From Pirellulales bacterium (GTDB lineage: Bacteria; Planctomycetota; Planctomycetia; Pirellulales; JAICIG01): 64,000 bases of DNA. Location: the NCBI GenBank assembly GCA_040901675.1, contig JBBDYJ010000010.1, forward strand, positions 372,072-436,071, written 5' to 3'. The position numbers and the translations under genes are program-made. Below, in pieces: positions 29,003-40,045 of the stretch (the stretch's first letter is position 1; the number at the start of each line of letters is the position of its first letter). The notes beneath the pieces were generated by a model. The model saw nothing but the letters and a program-made list of their open reading frames with translations, made no database searches and had not been told where the DNA came from.

Positions 29003-32000
29003 ATGCTCAAGGCTGCTTGCTCGCTGATCTGCCTTCTCGGCGCGGCGGCCGGCTCGCGGGCCGACGAGGTCGACTACCTGCGGGACGTCAAGCCGATCCT
29101 GGCACGACGCTGCTATGCGTGCCATGGGCCGCTCAAGCAACAGCAGGACCTGCGGCTCGACTCGGCCGCGGCCATGGCTAAGGGGGGCGAAAGCGGACCG
29201 GCACTGGTCCATGGCAAAAGCCAAGAGAGCCTGATCCTGACGGCCGTGCGGGGCACCGACGGCTGGCGGATGCCGCCCGAAGGCGATCCACTCAGCGATG
29301 AAGAAATTGCCGTCCTGGCCGCCTGGATCGACGCCGGGGCAGTGGCGCCCGACGAGCCGCTCGCCGATCCGAGCGAGCATTGGGCCTACCGGCCGCCCGT
29401 TCGGCCCGCATTGCCCGAAGCCGCTGGCGAAGGCGGCAATCCGGTCGATGCCTTCGTCAATGCCCAGCATGCCAGCCGGGGACTCCAGCCGCTGCCGCGG
29501 GCGGATAAGAACGTTTTGCTGCGGCGGCTGTATCTCGATCTGATCGGACTGCCGCCGGCGCGGGCCGAGCTGGCGGCCTTCGTCTCCGACGACTCGGCCG
29601 ACGCCTACCAAAAAGTCGTCGACCGCCTGCTGGCCGACCCGCGCTACGGCCAGCGCTGGGGCCGCCACTGGATGGACGTGTGGCGCTATGCCGACTGGGC
29701 CGGCTTCGGCAACGAGATCCGCGACAGCCAGCGGCACATCTGGCGGTGGCGGGATTGGATCGTCGAGTCGCTCAATGCCGACCGCGGGTACGACCGGTTG
29801 ATCATGGAGATGCTGGCCGGCGACGAGCTGGCGCCGGCCGACCCGGACACGCTGCGGGCCACCGGCTTCTTGGCCCGCAACTGGTTCAGCTTCAACCGCA
29901 ACGTCTGGCTCGACAACACGGTCGAGCACACCGCCAAGGCCTTCTTGGGCCTCACGCTCAACTGCGCCCGCTGCCACGACCACATGTACGATCCCGTGGC
30001 GCAGCAAGATTACTACCGCTTCCGCGCCTTCTTCGAGCCCTACGAGGTCCGCACCGACCGCGTGCCGGGCCAAAGCGACCTGATGAAGGACGGCGTGGCA
30101 CGCGTCTACGACGCCAAGGCCGAGGCGCCCACCTATCTCTTCGTGCGGGGCAACGAGGCCGAGCCCGACACCGAGCACCCGCTGGCGCCCGGCCTGCCCG
30201 CGATCCTCGCGCCCGGCGAGCTGGCGATCGAGCCGGTGCCGCTGCCGCCGCGGGCCTACAACCCCGGCCTGCACGCCTTCGTGCAAGACGAGGCGCTGGC
30301 CCAGGCGCGGGCCGCCGTTGCGCAAGCCAACGACGGCCTGGCAAAGGCCCAGCAGGCCGTGGCGGCCGCCCGGGAGCGGGTGGCGAGGCTTTCAGCGCCG
30401 GCATCCCAGCCGGATGAGCCGGCCGTCCAAGCGTTCATCAGCGACCGGTTTTCCGAAGCCAACCCGGCCGTCTGGCAGACCGTCGATGGCCAGTGGTCTT
30501 ACGAGTCGGGCCGCCTGGTCCAGCAGCAGACCGGCAGCCAGGAATGCCGCCTGCTTTCGCTGGCCGAGCACCCGGCCGACTTCAGCGCCTCGTTTGCGTT
30601 CAAGATCACCGGCGGCCAGCAGTGGCGATCGGTCGGCCTGAGCTTCGACGCGACTGAAGACGGCCGGTTCAACGCGGTCTACCTGAGTGCCGTTGCCGGC
30701 GGGTCCAAGCTGCAGGTTTATTACAACCAAGGCGCGCCCGCCTACCCGGCCGACGCGATGAAGACCCTCGCGGTCCAGCTCAATCGCGACTATCTGCTCA
30801 AGGTCGACGTGCGCGGCCAGCTCCTGAATGTCTGGCTCGACGGCGTGCTCGAGCTGGTCTACCGGCTGCCTCACCCGCGCCGCCCGGGTCGTCTTGCGCT
30901 CTGGACCTTCGACGCCATGGCCGAGTTCGTCAGTGTCGACGTGGCTGCGCTTTCGCCCGACGCCGTTCTGGCCGAATCCGCGACAGACCAGCCTGTCGCC
31001 AACACGCTCGAAGCGGCACGCCAGGCGGAGCAAAACGCCCAGGCCGCCAGCGCAGTGGCCGAAGCCGCGGTGGCGGCCGCAGCGGCCGGCCTGCGCAGCG
31101 TCGAGGCCCGCGTCGCCGCCGATCGATCGCGGTTCTCCGATCCGCCCGCTGCCGATGCCGAAAGCCTGGCGCGGGCCGCCGGCCGGGCCGAGCGCGAGGC
31201 CACGGTCGCCGCCGCCCGGCACAAGCTGCTGGTCGAAGAGCAGGCCGCCGAGCTTGCCCGTCAAGCCGTCGCCGCTGCCGGCGAGAAGGCCGACGAGAAG
31301 ACCAGGCAGACGCTGACCGCGGCCGAAGCCAAGGCCGCGGAGGCAGGCAAGGCGTTGGAAGCGGCCGAGGCGGCCCTGGCGGCGGCTGATTCCAACACCG
31401 GCTCCAGTTACGCGCCACTCGACGAGCTCTATCCTTCCACGAGCACCGGCCGGCGGTTGGCGCTGGCCCGCTGGATTGCCGACCCGGCCAACCCGCTGAC
31501 GGCCCGCGTGGCCGTGAACCAGATCTGGCTGCGGCACTTTGGCGAGCCGCTGGTGCCGACCGTGTTCGACTTCGGCCTGAACGGGCAGCCGCCCACGCAC
31601 CCCGAGCTGCTCGACTGGCTGGCCGTCGAGCTGATGGAGCAGGGCTGGAAGATGAAGGCCATCCACCGGCTGATCGTGACCAGCGACGCCTATTGCCGCA
31701 GCTCGTCGCCTGCGAGCCACGACGATTCGAACCTGGCGATCGACCCGGACAACCGCACCCTATGGCGGACCAGGCCGCGGCGCATGGAGGCGGAGGTCGT
31801 CCGCGACAGCGTGTTGCACGTGGCCGGGCAGTTAGACGCGACGATGGGCGGGCCCGACATCGACCACAAGGCGGGCGAGACCTCGCGGCGCCGCAGCCTC
31901 TACTTCCAGCACGCCAACGAGAAGCAGATGGTCTTGCTCAAGCTGTTCGACGCGGCCAGCGTCAACGAGTGTTATCGCCGCGACGAGAGCATCGTGCCGC

Positions 32001-32335
32001 AGCAGGCGCTGGCCCTGGCCAACAGCGGCCTCTCGCTGAGCCAGGCCCGCCTCCTGGCGGGCCAGCTTTCGTCAGCCGGCACGCTCCCCGACGAAGACTT
32101 TATTTCCGCGGCCTTCGAGCAGGTGCTCTGCCGCGGCCCCAGTGCGGCCGAGCGCGGCGAGTGCCTGCGGTTCCTGGCCGGGCAGGCCCGTTTGCTGGAA
32201 GATAAAGAAAAGCTGACCGGGTTCGCCGGCGGCTCGCCGGCCGAGGTCCCCCCCTCCGCCGACCCCGCCCAGCGCGCCCGCGAGAACCTGGTCCACGTAT
32301 TATTGAACCACAACGACTTTGTAACGATACGGTGA
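29003..32335 (+). CDS. Planctomycete cytochrome c / DUF1549 / DUF1553 (PSD1) protein
   Basis: CYACH, NPVDAF, RRLYLDLIGLPP, CARCHDH, NPLTARV.VN, PTHPELLDWLA, PQQAL. Confidence 0.93.
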   Translation: MLKAACSLICLLGAAAGSRADEVDYLRDVKPILARRCYACHGPLKQQQDLRLDSAAAMAKGGESGPALVHGKSQESLILTAVRGTDGWRMPPEGDPLSDEEIAVLAAWIDAGAVAPDEPLADPSEHWAYRPPVRPALPEAAGEGGNPVDAFVNAQHASRGLQPLPRADKNVLLRRLYLDLIGLPPARAELAAFVSDDSADAYQKVVDRLLADPRYGQRWGRHWMDVWRYADWAGFGNEIRDSQRHIWRWRDWIVESLNADRGYDRLIMEMLAGDELAPADPDTLRATGFLARNWFSFNRNVWLDNTVEHTAKAFLGLTLNCARCHDHMYDPVAQQDYYRFRAFFEPYEVRTDRVPGQSDLMKDGVARVYDAKAEAPTYLFVRGNEAEPDTEHPLAPGLPAILAPGELAIEPVPLPPRAYNPGLHAFVQDEALAQARAAVAQANDGLAKAQQAVAAARERVARLSAPASQPDEPAVQAFISDRFSEANPAVWQTVDGQWSYESGRLVQQQTGSQECRLLSLAEHPADFSASFAFKITGGQQWRSVGLSFDATEDGRFNAVYLSAVAGGSKLQVYYNQGAPAYPADAMKTLAVQLNRDYLLKVDVRGQLLNVWLDGVLELVYRLPHPRRPGRLALWTFDAMAEFVSVDVAALSPDAVLAESATDQPVANTLEAARQAEQNAQAASAVAEAAVAAAAAGLRSVEARVAADRSRFSDPPAADAESLARAAGRAEREATVAAARHKLLVEEQAAELARQAVAAAGEKADEKTRQTLTAAEAKAAEAGKALEAAEAALAAADSNTGSSYAPLDELYPSTSTGRRLALARWIADPANPLTARVAVNQIWLRHFGEPLVPTVFDFGLNGQPPTHPELLDWLAVELMEQGWKMKAIHRLIVTSDAYCRSSSPASHDDSNLAIDPDNRTLWRTRPRRMEAEVVRDSVLHVAGQLDATMGGPDIDHKAGETSRRRSLYFQHANEKQMVLLKLFDAASVNECYRRDESIVPQQALALANSGLSLSQARLLAGQLSSAGTLPDEDFISAAFEQVLCRGPSAAERGECLRFLAGQARLLEDKEKLTGFAGGSPAEVPPSADPAQRARENLVHVLLNHNDFVTIR

Positions 32336-32342
32336 AGTAGGC

Positions 32343-32457
32343 GTAGCTGAATTCGCCAGAATTCAGGTGGCAACGCGTAGCTGAATTCGCCAGAATTCAG
32401 GCGTCGTAGCTGTAAGCAGTGCGAGCAGGCGGCCAGAACTCTGGCGAGTCCTGCTAC
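32343..32457. repeat. REP-like family E cluster (GTAG-CTGAATTC-GCCA-GAATTCAG)
   Basis: Identical copies at 32343-32366 and 32377-32400; degenerate inverted copies at 32434-32457 and 18860-18883. Confidence 0.85.
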
Positions 32458-32472
32458 GGGAGAAGAACGATC

Positions 32473-34059
32473 ATGAACGAGAAACCAACTGACCTCCCGG
32501 CCAGCCGGGGCCATGTCTCCTCGCCTTGTCCCCGTGTCGCCGTGTCGCCTTGTCGTGCCTCCCCCCCTCCCCCGCTCCCCCCTTCCCCCCCTCCTCCTTG
32601 CTCATGCAGCATCCACCGCCGGACGTTCCTGGCCGACGTCGGCATGGGGTTCACCGGCCTGGCGCTGGGCGCCATGCTGCACGGAGACGGCGTGGCGCGG
32701 GCCGAGACGGCGTCGACTTCGCTCGGCGCCGGCCTGCCGCACTTTGCCCCGCGGGCCAAGAGCGTGATCTGGTTGTTCATGGTGGGCGGCACCAGCCAGA
32801 TGGAAAGCTTCGACCCCAAGCCGGCGCTCAACGAGTACGCGGGCAAGACGATCGCCGAAACGCCTTTCAAGGACACGCTCGACTCGCCCCACTTGAAGAA
32901 AAACCTCCGGGAGGTGGTGCTCGGCTTGCACAAGGTGCACCCGCAAGTCTTCCCCATGCAGGTCGGCTATCGCCGGCGGGGCGAGAGCGGCATCGCCATC
33001 AGCGACTGGTGGCCGCACCTGGGCGACTGCATCGACGACATGGCGATCGTCCGCTCGATGTGGACCACGGACAACAACCACGGCGCCCAGCTCCAGTTCC
33101 ACACAGGCCGCCACGTGTTGGAAGGGCATTTTCCGACCGTCGGCTCCTGGGTGCACTACGGGTTGGGCTCGATCAACGACGACCTGCCGCAGTTCATCGT
33201 GATGGGCACCCCCATCGCCGACTGCTGCGGCGGCATGGCTGGCCACGGGGCCAGCTATCTGGGCCCGGAGCACAACGGCGTGCAGCTTCAGGTCGACCCC
33301 AAGAACCCCTTGCCTTATGCCTTGCCGGCCTCGGACGTGTATCGAGAGGAGCAGCGCGGCGAGTTCGAGCTGCTGGGCACGTTGAACCGCCTGGCCGCCG
33401 TCGAGTACCCGGCCGACGCCGCCATGCAGGCCCGCATCAAGAGCTACGAGCTGGCCTTCCGCATGCAGATGGCCGTGCCCGAAGTGCTGGCCTTCGACAC
33501 GGAGACGGTCGCCACGCACGAGCTGTACGGCCTCGGCGATCCGGTGACGGCGCCCTTCGGCCAGCAGTGCCTGGCGGCCCGCCGGCTGGTCGAGCGCGGC
33601 GTGCGGTTCGTGCAGATCTTTCACGGCAGCAACGGCGGCGCCGGAGCCTGGGACGCCCACGGCGACTTGAAGAACGGCCACAGCAAGCTCTGCGCCCAGG
33701 TCGATCGGCCGATCGCCGCCTTGATCAAGGACCTCAAGCAACGCGGCCTGTTGGACGAGACGCTGGTGGTCTGGGGCACCGAGTTCGGCCGCACGCCGGG
33801 CGCGCAGGGCTCCGACGGCCGCGATCATCATCCTTACGGCTTTTCGGTCTGGATGGCCGGCGGCGGCATCCAGGGGGGCATTGCTCACGGCGCCACCGAC
33901 GAGCTGGGGTTTCACGCGGTCGAGCACCGGCACTACGTGACCGACCTGCACGCCACGGTGCTCAACCGCCTGGGGCTCGACAGCCGCCGCCTAGAGATCC
34001 CCGGCCGCAAGCGCCTCGAGATGGACTACGGCCGCCCCATCAGCGAAGTCATGGTGTAG
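32473..34059 (+). CDS. DUF1501-domain protein
   Basis: RRTFL Tat-like motif, [43 protein letters not shown]. Confidence 0.93.
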   Translation: MNEKPTDLPASRGHVSSPCPRVAVSPCRASPPPPLPPSPPPPCSCSIHRRTFLADVGMGFTGLALGAMLHGDGVARAETASTSLGAGLPHFAPRAKSVIWLFMVGGTSQMESFDPKPALNEYAGKTIAETPFKDTLDSPHLKKNLREVVLGLHKVHPQVFPMQVGYRRRGESGIAISDWWPHLGDCIDDMAIVRSMWTTDNNHGAQLQFHTGRHVLEGHFPTVGSWVHYGLGSINDDLPQFIVMGTPIADCCGGMAGHGASYLGPEHNGVQLQVDPKNPLPYALPASDVYREEQRGEFELLGTLNRLAAVEYPADAAMQARIKSYELAFRMQMAVPEVLAFDTETVATHELYGLGDPVTAPFGQQCLAARRLVERGVRFVQIFHGSNGGAGAWDAHGDLKNGHSKLCAQVDRPIAALIKDLKQRGLLDETLVVWGTEFGRTPGAQGSDGRDHHPYGFSVWMAGGGIQGGIAHGATDELGFHAVEHRHYVTDLHATVLNRLGLDSRRLEIPGRKRLEMDYGRPISEVMV

Positions 34060-34066
34060 GCAAAGA

Positions 34067-34288
34067 TCATGTCGCGCCAATGAAGCTCACGTCGGGGCGC
34101 CGGACCCGTTGCAAAATCGCCTCAGGATATCCTGCATTCATTGCGGCAGCATGGACCGCCGCCATGTCCGTGCCGTGCGCGACGATCTCGGTCCGCTCCT
34201 TATTCCACGCGACCCACTGACCGGCGAATTCAATGGGAGCCGGCTTGGGATGGAGTGGATCTGGAATGGCTTCTGACTTGTTCATCAA
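34067..34288 (-). CDS. Small DUF5678-like protein
   Basis: FAGQWVAW...EIVAHG motif; GGAGG RBS; TACAAT upstream. Confidence 0.7.
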   Translation of the reverse strand: MMNKSEAIPDPLHPKPAPIEFAGQWVAWNKERTEIVAHGTDMAAVHAAAMNAGYPEAILQRVRRPDVSFIGAT

Positions 34289-34354
34289 CCACCTCCAACC
34301 GAATTGTACCGTCGAAGCGCCGCTTCCGTCAGAATCCGCGCGTCAACGGATTAC

Positions 34355-34541
34355 GCACCACGGAGTGGAGTTACCGAGAACACGGAACGGGCAACGAATA
34401 CGTGAAAATGTTGCCGACAATCATTCGTCTTCCTCTTCCGTGGCGTCTCCGTGTTCTCCGTGCCCCCGTGGTGAATTCCTCTTCGTCCGTCCGTTCCCTG
34501 CCCTCTGACTTTCTGCCTTCGTCCTTCTGCCTTCTGCCTTT
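34355..34541. repeat. Nonamer inverted pair (CACCACGGAG...CTCCGTG..CCCCGTGGTG) plus heptamer arm (TTCTGCC)n
   Basis: Arms at about 34357-34387 and 34438-34473; heptamer array 34503-34540 next to the dehydratase stop. Confidence 0.75.
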
Positions 34542-34546
34542 CACCG

Positions 34547-35725
34547 CTACCAGTCGCCCACGGCGCCGTCGGCGTAGAAGGAACGCTGCAAGAGCTCCTG
34601 CTGGAAAGGATGCTTCTTCACCTGGGCCTCGTTGATCTCGATGCCCAAACCCGGACGGGTGCCGGGCCGCACGATGCGGCCACGCGGCTCGACCACAAAA
34701 CCTTCGCTGACCACGTCGCCCCGCCATGGAACATCTTGGTGCACCGACTCGCAAATGATGTACGACGGCGTGGCAAAGCCCAGCTCGAGCGAGGCCGCCG
34801 TGCTCACCGGCCCCTGCGGGTTGTGCGGCGCAAGCGCCACGCGATAGGCCTCGGCCATGGCGGCGATGCGGCGGACCTCGCTCAGCCCGCCGCAGTGCGT
34901 GATGTCGGGCTGCAGGACGCTCAGCGCCTGCTTCTCCAGGAAGGGCCGAAAGGCGTGCTGCCCGATCAGCCGCTCGCCGCTGGCGATCGGCGTGGTGACG
35001 GCCCGCTGGATGTCGGCCATGGCCTCGACGTTCTCCGGCCAGCACGGCTCTTCGAACCAGTAGAGGCCGTACGGCTCCAGCGCGCTGGCAAACCGCAGGC
35101 CCATCCGCGGCGAGGGACGGGCGTGGCAGTCGATCATGATGTCGATGTCGTCGCCAACCGCGTCGCGCATGGCCCGCACGCACGCCTCGGCATACTTGAT
35201 TGGCCGCAGTCCTTCGATCGGCGCGGTCTCCGGCACGCCCATCGACTTGAAAGCGGTAAAGCCCTCGTCCACGGCCCGCGCCGCCATCTCGGCAAACCGG
35301 GGGGCGTCGGCGGGCGTCGTCTCGTAGAACTCCTCCATCTTGCCGCCGCCCAGGTGGCAATAGGTCCGCACGTAGTCGCGGACCGGGCCGCCCCACAGCT
35401 TGTGGCAAGGCACGCCGTGCAGCTTGCCCAAGATGTCCCACAGCGCGATGTCGATGCCGCTGACCGCCGTGGCCCGCACGACGCCGTTGGCGTGCCAGAA
35501 ATGCTGGCGGTGCATCATCTGCCAGAGATGCTCGATGCGGGTCGGGTCTTCGCCGACGACCAGTTGGGCCACGTCTTCCACCGCCCCCACGACGGCGCGG
35601 GTGTGCCACTCCAACGTGGCTTCGCCCCAGCCCCACAAGCCATCCTGGTCCGTGCGGACCTTGACGAAGATCCAGTTGCGCATCCGCGCATGGCAAACGT
35701 GCGTTTCGACGGCCGTGATTTTCAT
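34547..35725 (-). CDS. dgoD: Galactonate dehydratase-like enolase (mandelate racemase family)
   Basis: [43 protein letters not shown]. Confidence 0.8.
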   Translation of the reverse strand: MKITAVETHVCHARMRNWIFVKVRTDQDGLWGWGEATLEWHTRAVVGAVEDVAQLVVGEDPTRIEHLWQMMHRQHFWHANGVVRATAVSGIDIALWDILGKLHGVPCHKLWGGPVRDYVRTYCHLGGGKMEEFYETTPADAPRFAEMAARAVDEGFTAFKSMGVPETAPIEGLRPIKYAEACVRAMRDAVGDDIDIMIDCHARPSPRMGLRFASALEPYGLYWFEEPCWPENVEAMADIQRAVTTPIASGERLIGQHAFRPFLEKQALSVLQPDITHCGGLSEVRRIAAMAEAYRVALAPHNPQGPVSTAASLELGFATPSYIICESVHQDVPWRGDVVSEGFVVEPRGRIVRPGTRPGLGIEINEAQVKKHPFQQELLQRSFYADGAVGDW

Positions 35726-35826
35726 CGGTGCTCCGGGCCAGGTGGCGATTCGCACCAAGTTGACATCGCCACGGCCAGCCAGTCAACTGGCGGCTCCCGG
35801 CCCCGCCTGCCCTGGAACTCAACGCG

Positions 35827-36765
35827 ATGACCCAATCACCCGCCGGCCTTCTCCACGGCGTCGTGCCGATCGTCCCCACTCCCTTTACCAAGGACGAAGA
35901 GATCGACTTCGAAGCCCTGGCCCGTTGCGTTCGGTTCGCCGCCGCCAGCTCGCTGTCCGCCGTCTGCCTGCCGGCCTATGCCAGCGAGTTCTACAAGCTC
36001 AGCGACGCCGAGCGCCAGGCCGTCGTCGAGTCGGCCATCGCCGCGGCTGGCGGCTCGCTGGCCGTCGTGGCCCAGGCCAACCACCCCTCGGCCCGGATCG
36101 CGGCCGAAGCGGCCCGCCGTTACGAAGGCCTGGGGGCCTCGGTCATCTCGTTTGCCTTGCCTCGGATCTTTCCGCTCAAGGACGACGACCTGTTCGACTA
36201 CGCCCGGCGGGTGTGCGACGCGGTGCAGTTGCCGGTGCTGGTGCAGGATTTCAATCCCGGCGGCCCGACCGTCGGCGGCCAGTTTGCCCGCCGGTTGATG
36301 GAGGCCTGCCCCAACTTCCGCTATCTCAAGCTCGAAGAATCGCTGATGGGGCCGAAGATTCGCGGCATCATCGAGGCCACGAAAGGCCGCATCGGCGTGC
36401 TGGAAGGCTGGGGCGGCATGTACGTGCTGGACCTTTTGCCGGCGGGCATCTGCGGACTGATGCCGGGCCTGGGCGTGGCCGACCTGCTCCAGCGCGTTTG
36501 GCAACTGGCGAACGGCGGGCAGGATGACGAAGCAACTTCGATCTTCCAGGTGCTGCTGCCGCAGATCATGTACTCGCTGCAGAACTCGGAGCTGTTCAAC
36601 TGGGTCGAAAAGCGGCTGCTCGCCGCCCGCGGCCTCCTGCCCCAGTCGAGCATCCACGTGCGCCAGGCCACGTTCCGCCCCGACGAGGCGACGCTCGCGC
36701 ATGCCGACCGCCTCAACGGGCAACTGATGTCGCTGGCGCGCCGGCTGGGTCTGCCGACCAACTGA
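35827..36765 (+). CDS. Dihydrodipicolinate synthase-like aldolase/dehydratase
   Basis: PIVPTPF...IDF, SEFYKLS..ER, YLKLE Schiff-base Lys. Confidence 0.85.
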   Translation: MTQSPAGLLHGVVPIVPTPFTKDEEIDFEALARCVRFAAASSLSAVCLPAYASEFYKLSDAERQAVVESAIAAAGGSLAVVAQANHPSARIAAEAARRYEGLGASVISFALPRIFPLKDDDLFDYARRVCDAVQLPVLVQDFNPGGPTVGGQFARRLMEACPNFRYLKLEESLMGPKIRGIIEATKGRIGVLEGWGGMYVLDLLPAGICGLMPGLGVADLLQRVWQLANGGQDDEATSIFQVLLPQIMYSLQNSELFNWVEKRLLAARGLLPQSSIHVRQATFRPDEATLAHADRLNGQLMSLARRLGLPTN

Positions 36766-36793
36766 GCGATCGAGGCACGTTCGAGATACCGCA

Positions 36794-38137
36794 ATGGACT
36801 CCCACCAGGATGCGATGCCCGCCAGCGCGGAACGCTCTCCCGCCGAGCAAGCCTTGCCGGCCAGGCGGCCCACGCACGTGCGCTACTGGGTGTTGGCCTG
36901 GTTGTGCGCGGCCGCAGTCATTGCCTATGTGCACCGCAACGTGCTGAGCGTCATGGAAGACGAGGTGCGTTACGACCTGGGTCTGACCAAGAACGACATG
37001 GGCCTGGTCTTTTCCGCTTTGTTCCTCGGCTACGCGCTGTTTCAGATCCCGTCGGGCTGGGCCGGCGACCGCTGGGGCGCCCGGCGGCCGCTGGTGCTGT
37101 TCGCCGCCGCCTGGTCGCTGGCCACCGCCATGCTGGCAATGGCGGGCGGCTACTCGACGCTGCTGGCCGTTTGGTGCGCTTGCGGCGTCGCCCAGGCGGG
37201 ACTGTTTCCCTGCGCGGCGCGCTCCATCACCCAGTGGCTGCCCGCTACCGGACGCGCCTTTGCCAGCGGCGCCTTGGGGGGGGCGATGAGCGTCGGCGCC
37301 GCCGCGTCGGTCTTCCTCGCCGGCCTGCTGCTCGAAGCCGGCTTCGACTGGCGGGTAATCGTGACCGGCTTCGCGCTCATGGGATGGATCTGGGCCTGGG
37401 GATTCCTCCGCTGGTACCGCGAACGCCCCGAGATGCACCCGGGCGTGAACCATGCCGAGCTGGCCCTGATCGGCACTGGCGAGTCGGCTATTTCAGAAGC
37501 CGCCGGCCCGCACTCGCCGACTCCCTGGGGCGCAATCGTCTCGACTCCAGCCTTATGGTTCATCTGCGGGCAGCAGTTCTTTCGGGCCGCCGGCTACGTG
37601 TTCTACGTCACTTGGTTCCCCACCTATCTCAAGGAAACGCGGGGCGTCTCCACCGGCTTGGCGGGCGCTTTGGCCAGCCTTCCGCTGCTGGCCATTGTGG
37701 TCGGCTCTCCCTTGGCCGGCGCGCTGTCCGACTGGCTGCTGGCCCGCACAGGCAGCCGCCGGATCAGCCGGCAGTGGTTCGCCGTGGCCAGCATGCTCGC
37801 TTGCGCCGCGCTGATCGTGCCGGCCAACTGGATCGCTAATCCGCTGTTGGCAGTGTCGTTGATTGCCGCGAGCTCGTTCTGTGCCGCCTTCGGCGGCCCG
37901 GTTAGCTACACCGTCACGATGGACCTGGGAGGCCGGCACGTGGCCACCGTGTTCGGCATGATGAACATGAGCGGCAACTTTGGAGCCGCCGTCTTCCCCT
38001 TCGTGGCGGCCCGGTTGAGCACGGCCACCGGCAACTGGGACGCCGTGCTGTTCGTGTTCGCGGGCGTGTACGTGCTGGCCGCTTGTTGCTGGATGCTGGT
38101 CGATCCCGACAGTAAGATCCGGCTGGCCACCGCGTGA
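36794..38137 (+). CDS. MFS transporter (ACS / sugar-acid type)
   Basis: YALFQIPSGW.GDRWG.R, W.P...R, G.MN..GN.G; about 12 TM helices. Confidence 0.9.
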   Translation: MDSHQDAMPASAERSPAEQALPARRPTHVRYWVLAWLCAAAVIAYVHRNVLSVMEDEVRYDLGLTKNDMGLVFSALFLGYALFQIPSGWAGDRWGARRPLVLFAAAWSLATAMLAMAGGYSTLLAVWCACGVAQAGLFPCAARSITQWLPATGRAFASGALGGAMSVGAAASVFLAGLLLEAGFDWRVIVTGFALMGWIWAWGFLRWYRERPEMHPGVNHAELALIGTGESAISEAAGPHSPTPWGAIVSTPALWFICGQQFFRAAGYVFYVTWFPTYLKETRGVSTGLAGALASLPLLAIVVGSPLAGALSDWLLARTGSRRISRQWFAVASMLACAALIVPANWIANPLLAVSLIAASSFCAAFGGPVSYTVTMDLGGRHVATVFGMMNMSGNFGAAVFPFVAARLSTATGNWDAVLFVFAGVYVLAACCWMLVDPDSKIRLATA

Positions 38138-39669
38138 GTTACCCACTCGAACACTCCAGGAGCACGATCGTGCCGCACGTCGATACGCCCCAGAGCCGCT
38201 GCTTGTGCGGAGTCGCGCGGTGCGATATCACGCCGCCGGTCGGCATTTATCACCGCATGTGGGGCGCGGCCACGCACGACCGCTCCACGGGCGTCCACCG
38301 CCCGCTGACCGCCACCGCGCTTGTGCTGCGCAACCCGGCGCCCGCTCCTGTCTCCGACAGCAGCTCTTCGACCGACCCGACGGACGAGCTGGCCCTGATC
38401 GCCGTCGACCATTGCCTGCTCTGGAGCCGCGAGATGGCCGCCTTGCGATCGGCCGTCGCCGAGGGCGCGGGCCTGACTCCCGAACAGGTCCTGGTGCTCT
38501 TCTCGCACACGCACGCCGCCGGCCTGATGGGCCTGGAGCGCCGCGACCTGCCCGGCGGCGAGTTGATCGAGGCGTATCTCGGCGAGTTGGGCCGCAAGCT
38601 GGCCGCAATCGTCGGAGAGGCGCGAGCCGCCCTGCAGCCGGTCACGATCACTTACGGCGAGGGCCGCTGCGACCTGGCTGCCCACCGCGACTTCTGGGAC
38701 GCGGACAACGGGCGCTGGGTTTGCGGCTACAACCCCCAGGGTCCGGCCGACGACACCCTGCTGGTCGGCCGCATCACCGGCCACGCGGGCAGCACGCTGG
38801 CCACGCTGGTCAACTACGCCTGCCACCCGACCACGCTGGCCTGGCAAAACACGTTGATCAGCCCCGATTATCCCGGCGCCATGCGCGAGGTGATCGAGTC
38901 GGCAACCAGCGCCCCGGCCATCTTCGTGCAGGGGGCTTCGGGCGACTTAGGACCCAAGTACGGGTACGTGGGAGACACCGCCGTGGCCGACGCCAACGGC
39001 CGCAAGCTGGGTTATGCGGCCTTGGCGGCGCTCGAATCGCTGCCGCCGCCGGGCACGCGCTTCGAATATGGCGGCCCCGTCATCTCGGGCGCCGTCATCG
39101 GCACCTGGGAGCACGTACCGCTCGACACCGAGGCGCTACGGCCAAAGGAGGCCTGGCAGTTCCGGCGCTCGTGCATCGACTTGGCTTTGCGGCCCGGCCT
39201 GCCTTCGATCGACGAGCTGCGGCAGCAGCGCGAGCGGCTCTTGGCCGAGGAGCAGCAGGCCCGAACGGCCGGCGACGCCGCCCATGCCCGCGACTATCGG
39301 GCCCAGGCCGAGGTCAAGACACGCCAACTGGTCCGCCTGGGCAACCTGCCGCCGGGGCCCGCGTTTTCGTTCCCGATCCAGCTTCTGAAGCTGGGCGACG
39401 CGGTCTGGCTGGCGATCGAAGCGGAGCACTACCAACTGCTGCAGACGGCCTTGCGGAGCAGGTTTCCGGGAACGCCGCTGGTGGTGGCCACGCTGGTCAA
39501 CGGTTCGCTGCCGACCTATCTGCCGACGCGCGAAACGTACGGCACGGGCATCTACCAGGAGACGGTCGCCTTGCTGGCGCCCGGCAGCCTGGAGCACCTG
39601 ATCGAGGCGATCGGCGGGCAGATCAGCGAGCTGCTGGCTCGGCCAGTTCCTCTTCGGGCTCGTAGCTGA
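38134..39669 (+). CDS. Neutral/alkaline ceramidase-like hydrolase
   Basis: DITPP.G, SHTHA, NYACHP, S.DYPG, QGASGD. Confidence 0.75.
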   Translation: MSYPLEHSRSTIVPHVDTPQSRCLCGVARCDITPPVGIYHRMWGAATHDRSTGVHRPLTATALVLRNPAPAPVSDSSSSTDPTDELALIAVDHCLLWSREMAALRSAVAEGAGLTPEQVLVLFSHTHAAGLMGLERRDLPGGELIEAYLGELGRKLAAIVGEARAALQPVTITYGEGRCDLAAHRDFWDADNGRWVCGYNPQGPADDTLLVGRITGHAGSTLATLVNYACHPTTLAWQNTLISPDYPGAMREVIESATSAPAIFVQGASGDLGPKYGYVGDTAVADANGRKLGYAALAALESLPPPGTRFEYGGPVISGAVIGTWEHVPLDTEALRPKEAWQFRRSCIDLALRPGLPSIDELRQQRERLLAEEQQARTAGDAAHARDYRAQAEVKTRQLVRLGNLPPGPAFSFPIQLLKLGDAVWLAIEAEHYQLLQTALRSRFPGTPLVVATLVNGSLPTYLPTRETYGTGIYQETVALLAPGSLEHLIEAIGGQISELLARPVPLRARS

Positions 39670-40045
39670 GCACGTAGTCTTCGAAGCGGATGAGCCGCTG
39701 GTGCTTGGGGACGGTGGCAAACACCATGTCCAGCAGGTCCTCGAAACGTTGCGGCAGAATCCGGTAGAAGTTGTGCTTGCCCTCGCGGCGCGACTCGATC
39801 AGTTCCGCCACCCTCAACAGGGCCAGGTGATGGCTGACCGCCGGCTGGCTTTGCCCCAGGATCTCGCACAAGGCCCGGACGTGCAGCTCTTCGTTGCGCG
39901 TCAGGTACAAGAGGATCCGCAGCCGCGTCTCGTCGGACAGCAGCTTGAATACCTTGACCAGGTCTTTGACCAACGAGTCAGGCACTGCCGACATCTTCTT
40001 GTTGGGGGGCCTTCGCCCGTTGAAATCGGCTGGTTTACTTATCAT
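39623..40045 (-). CDS. ArsR/SmtB-family transcriptional regulator
   Basis: FKLLSDETRLRIL, SQPAVSHHL..LR, RREGK..FY; AAGGA RBS. Confidence 0.9.
   Translation of the reverse strand: MISKPADFNGRRPPNKKMSAVPDSLVKDLVKVFKLLSDETRLRILLYLTRNEELHVRALCEILGQSQPAVSHHLALLRVAELIESRREGKHNFYRILPQRFEDLLDMVFATVPKHQRLIRFEDYVLSYEPEEELAEPAAR

Noticed and set aside
32343..32400. Two identical 24-bp palindromic repeats resembling a mini CRISPR array
   Set aside because: The spacer is only 10 bp, there are two units, inverted copies occur elsewhere and no cas genes are present; fits a REP family.
39623..39669. 47-bp convergent overlap of the ceramidase-like and ArsR genes
   Set aside because: Short tail-to-tail overlaps are ordinary in GC-rich genomes.
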